Shown here one piece after another: positions 63,528 to 64,000 of a stretch of DNA of 64,000 bases. The first letter of the stretch is position 1, and the number at the start of each line of letters is the position of its first letter. The DNA lies in the NCBI GenBank assembly GCA_964512235.1, contig CAZEGD010000001.1:42874-106873 (forward strand), given 5' to 3'. Origin of the DNA: an uncultured archaeon (GTDB taxonomy: Archaea; Aenigmatarchaeota; Aenigmatarchaeia; CG10238-14; SCSR01). Position numbers and translations under genes: made by a program. The notes under the pieces are model-generated. The model made no database searches. It was not told the DNA's origin and saw only the letters and a program-made list of their open reading frames with translations.

Positions 63528-64000
63528 TGGCGATAGAAAAGACATTTGTCAAAGAGGGGATAAAAGAATCGCAAGTTGAAAACTTCCTTCGAAAAGAGTT
63601 CGACCGCGCAGGATATAGCCGTACTGAGATACAGCGCACACCTGTAGGCACGAGGATAGTAGTGCATGTGCATAAGCCAGGCTTAGTCATTGGACGCAGT
63701 GGCAGGAGGGTGAATGAAATCACTAAAAAACTAAAGGAAAATTTTGGTTTTGAAAATCCTCTGATAGATGTGCGAGAAGTACGAGAGCCGATGCTAGATG
63801 CGAATATAGTTGCATCCAGAGTGGCATCTTCCCTAGAACGCGGCATACACTACAAGAGAGTGTGTAATTTCTATCTGAGTAAAGTGATGCAAGCGGGTGC
63901 GGTGGGCATACAGATAAACGTCTCAGGTAAGCTTGTTGGCGTACAGCGCTCACGCTTTCAAAAATTCCGTGAGGGCTTTGTAGCTCATAGTGGTGACTAT
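63527..64000 (+). CDS. rps3: Ribosomal protein S3 (uS3), N-terminal part (runs off the right edge)
   Basis: ATG overlaps the L22 stop (TAATG). My translation is MAIEKTFVKEGIKESQVENFLRKEFDRAGYSRTEIQRTPVGTRIVVHVHKPGLVIGRSGRRVNEI (KH domain). Confidence 0.9.
   Translation, partial: MAIEKTFVKEGIKESQVENFLRKEFDRAGYSRTEIQRTPVGTRIVVHVHKPGLVIGRSGRRVNEITKKLKENFGFENPLIDVREVREPMLDANIVASRVASSLERGIHYKRVCNFYLSKVMQAGAVGIQINVSGKLVGVQRSRFQKFREGFVAHSGDY

Noticed and set aside
48779-64000. The r-protein gene cluster is split. S8 is the first gene of the minus-strand block, L3-S3 lies on the opposite strand 4.5 kb away, and the S14/L5/S4e/L24/L14/S17/L29 genes are absent between them.
   Set aside because: The + strand block runs off the window, and the missing genes probably follow S3 there. 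Inversions splitting this cluster are common and not novel in themselves.

Overview
This is a gene-dense archaeal chromosome fragment. The archaeal markers are TBP, aRF1 with the NIKS motif, Cbf5, SecY, the archaea/eukaryote-type r-proteins L10e, L14e, L19e and L32e, and tRNA introns with bulge-helix-bulge geometry. I cannot assign a taxon from sequence alone. The short proteins, K/E-rich tails and Thr-rich surface proteins would fit a small-genome uncultured lineage.

Core content:
- Translation: ValRS, MetRS, aRF1 (partial), two r-protein clusters (S8-L6-L32e-L19e-L18-S5-L30-L15-SecY-DUF106-L14e on the minus strand; L3-L4-L23-L2-S19-L22-S3 on the plus strand), and 7 tRNA genes.
- Nucleotide metabolism: purB, pyrH, dcd, a ThyA-like gene and NMNAT.
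- Other housekeeping: PEP synthase, a DEAD-box helicase, Cbf5 and a family-4 UDG.

Accessory content is the notable part. Three of the seven tRNA genes (Leu, Thr, Ser) are followed by partial direct copies of their own 3' ends. These copies bracket cassettes that contain no recognisable integrase.

The largest cassette (39.35-45.14 kb, next to tRNA-Ser) carries a same-strand cluster of:
- an AsnRS-like catalytic core with no anticodon-binding domain,
- an MccF/LdcA-type S66 peptidase,
- a degenerate ProRS-like paralogue,
- a bacterial-type ProRS without the INS domain,
- a SAM methyltransferase.

I flag this cluster as the best candidate for an undescribed system, either aminoacyl-adenylate toxin/immunity or non-ribosomal aminoacyl chemistry.

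Other oddities:
- The tRNA-Thr acceptor strand is interrupted by 20 nt.
- A P-loop kinase gene contains an in-frame TAA.
- ValRS has no canonical start codon upstream of its conserved core.
- A GTPase-dead EF-Tu-like gene abuts the helicase gene.
- An MtrA-like corrinoid-domain gene abuts a ThyA-like gene.
- An ORFan is inserted between L23 and L2.

All calls come from reading the sequence and the translations by eye. No database search was run.
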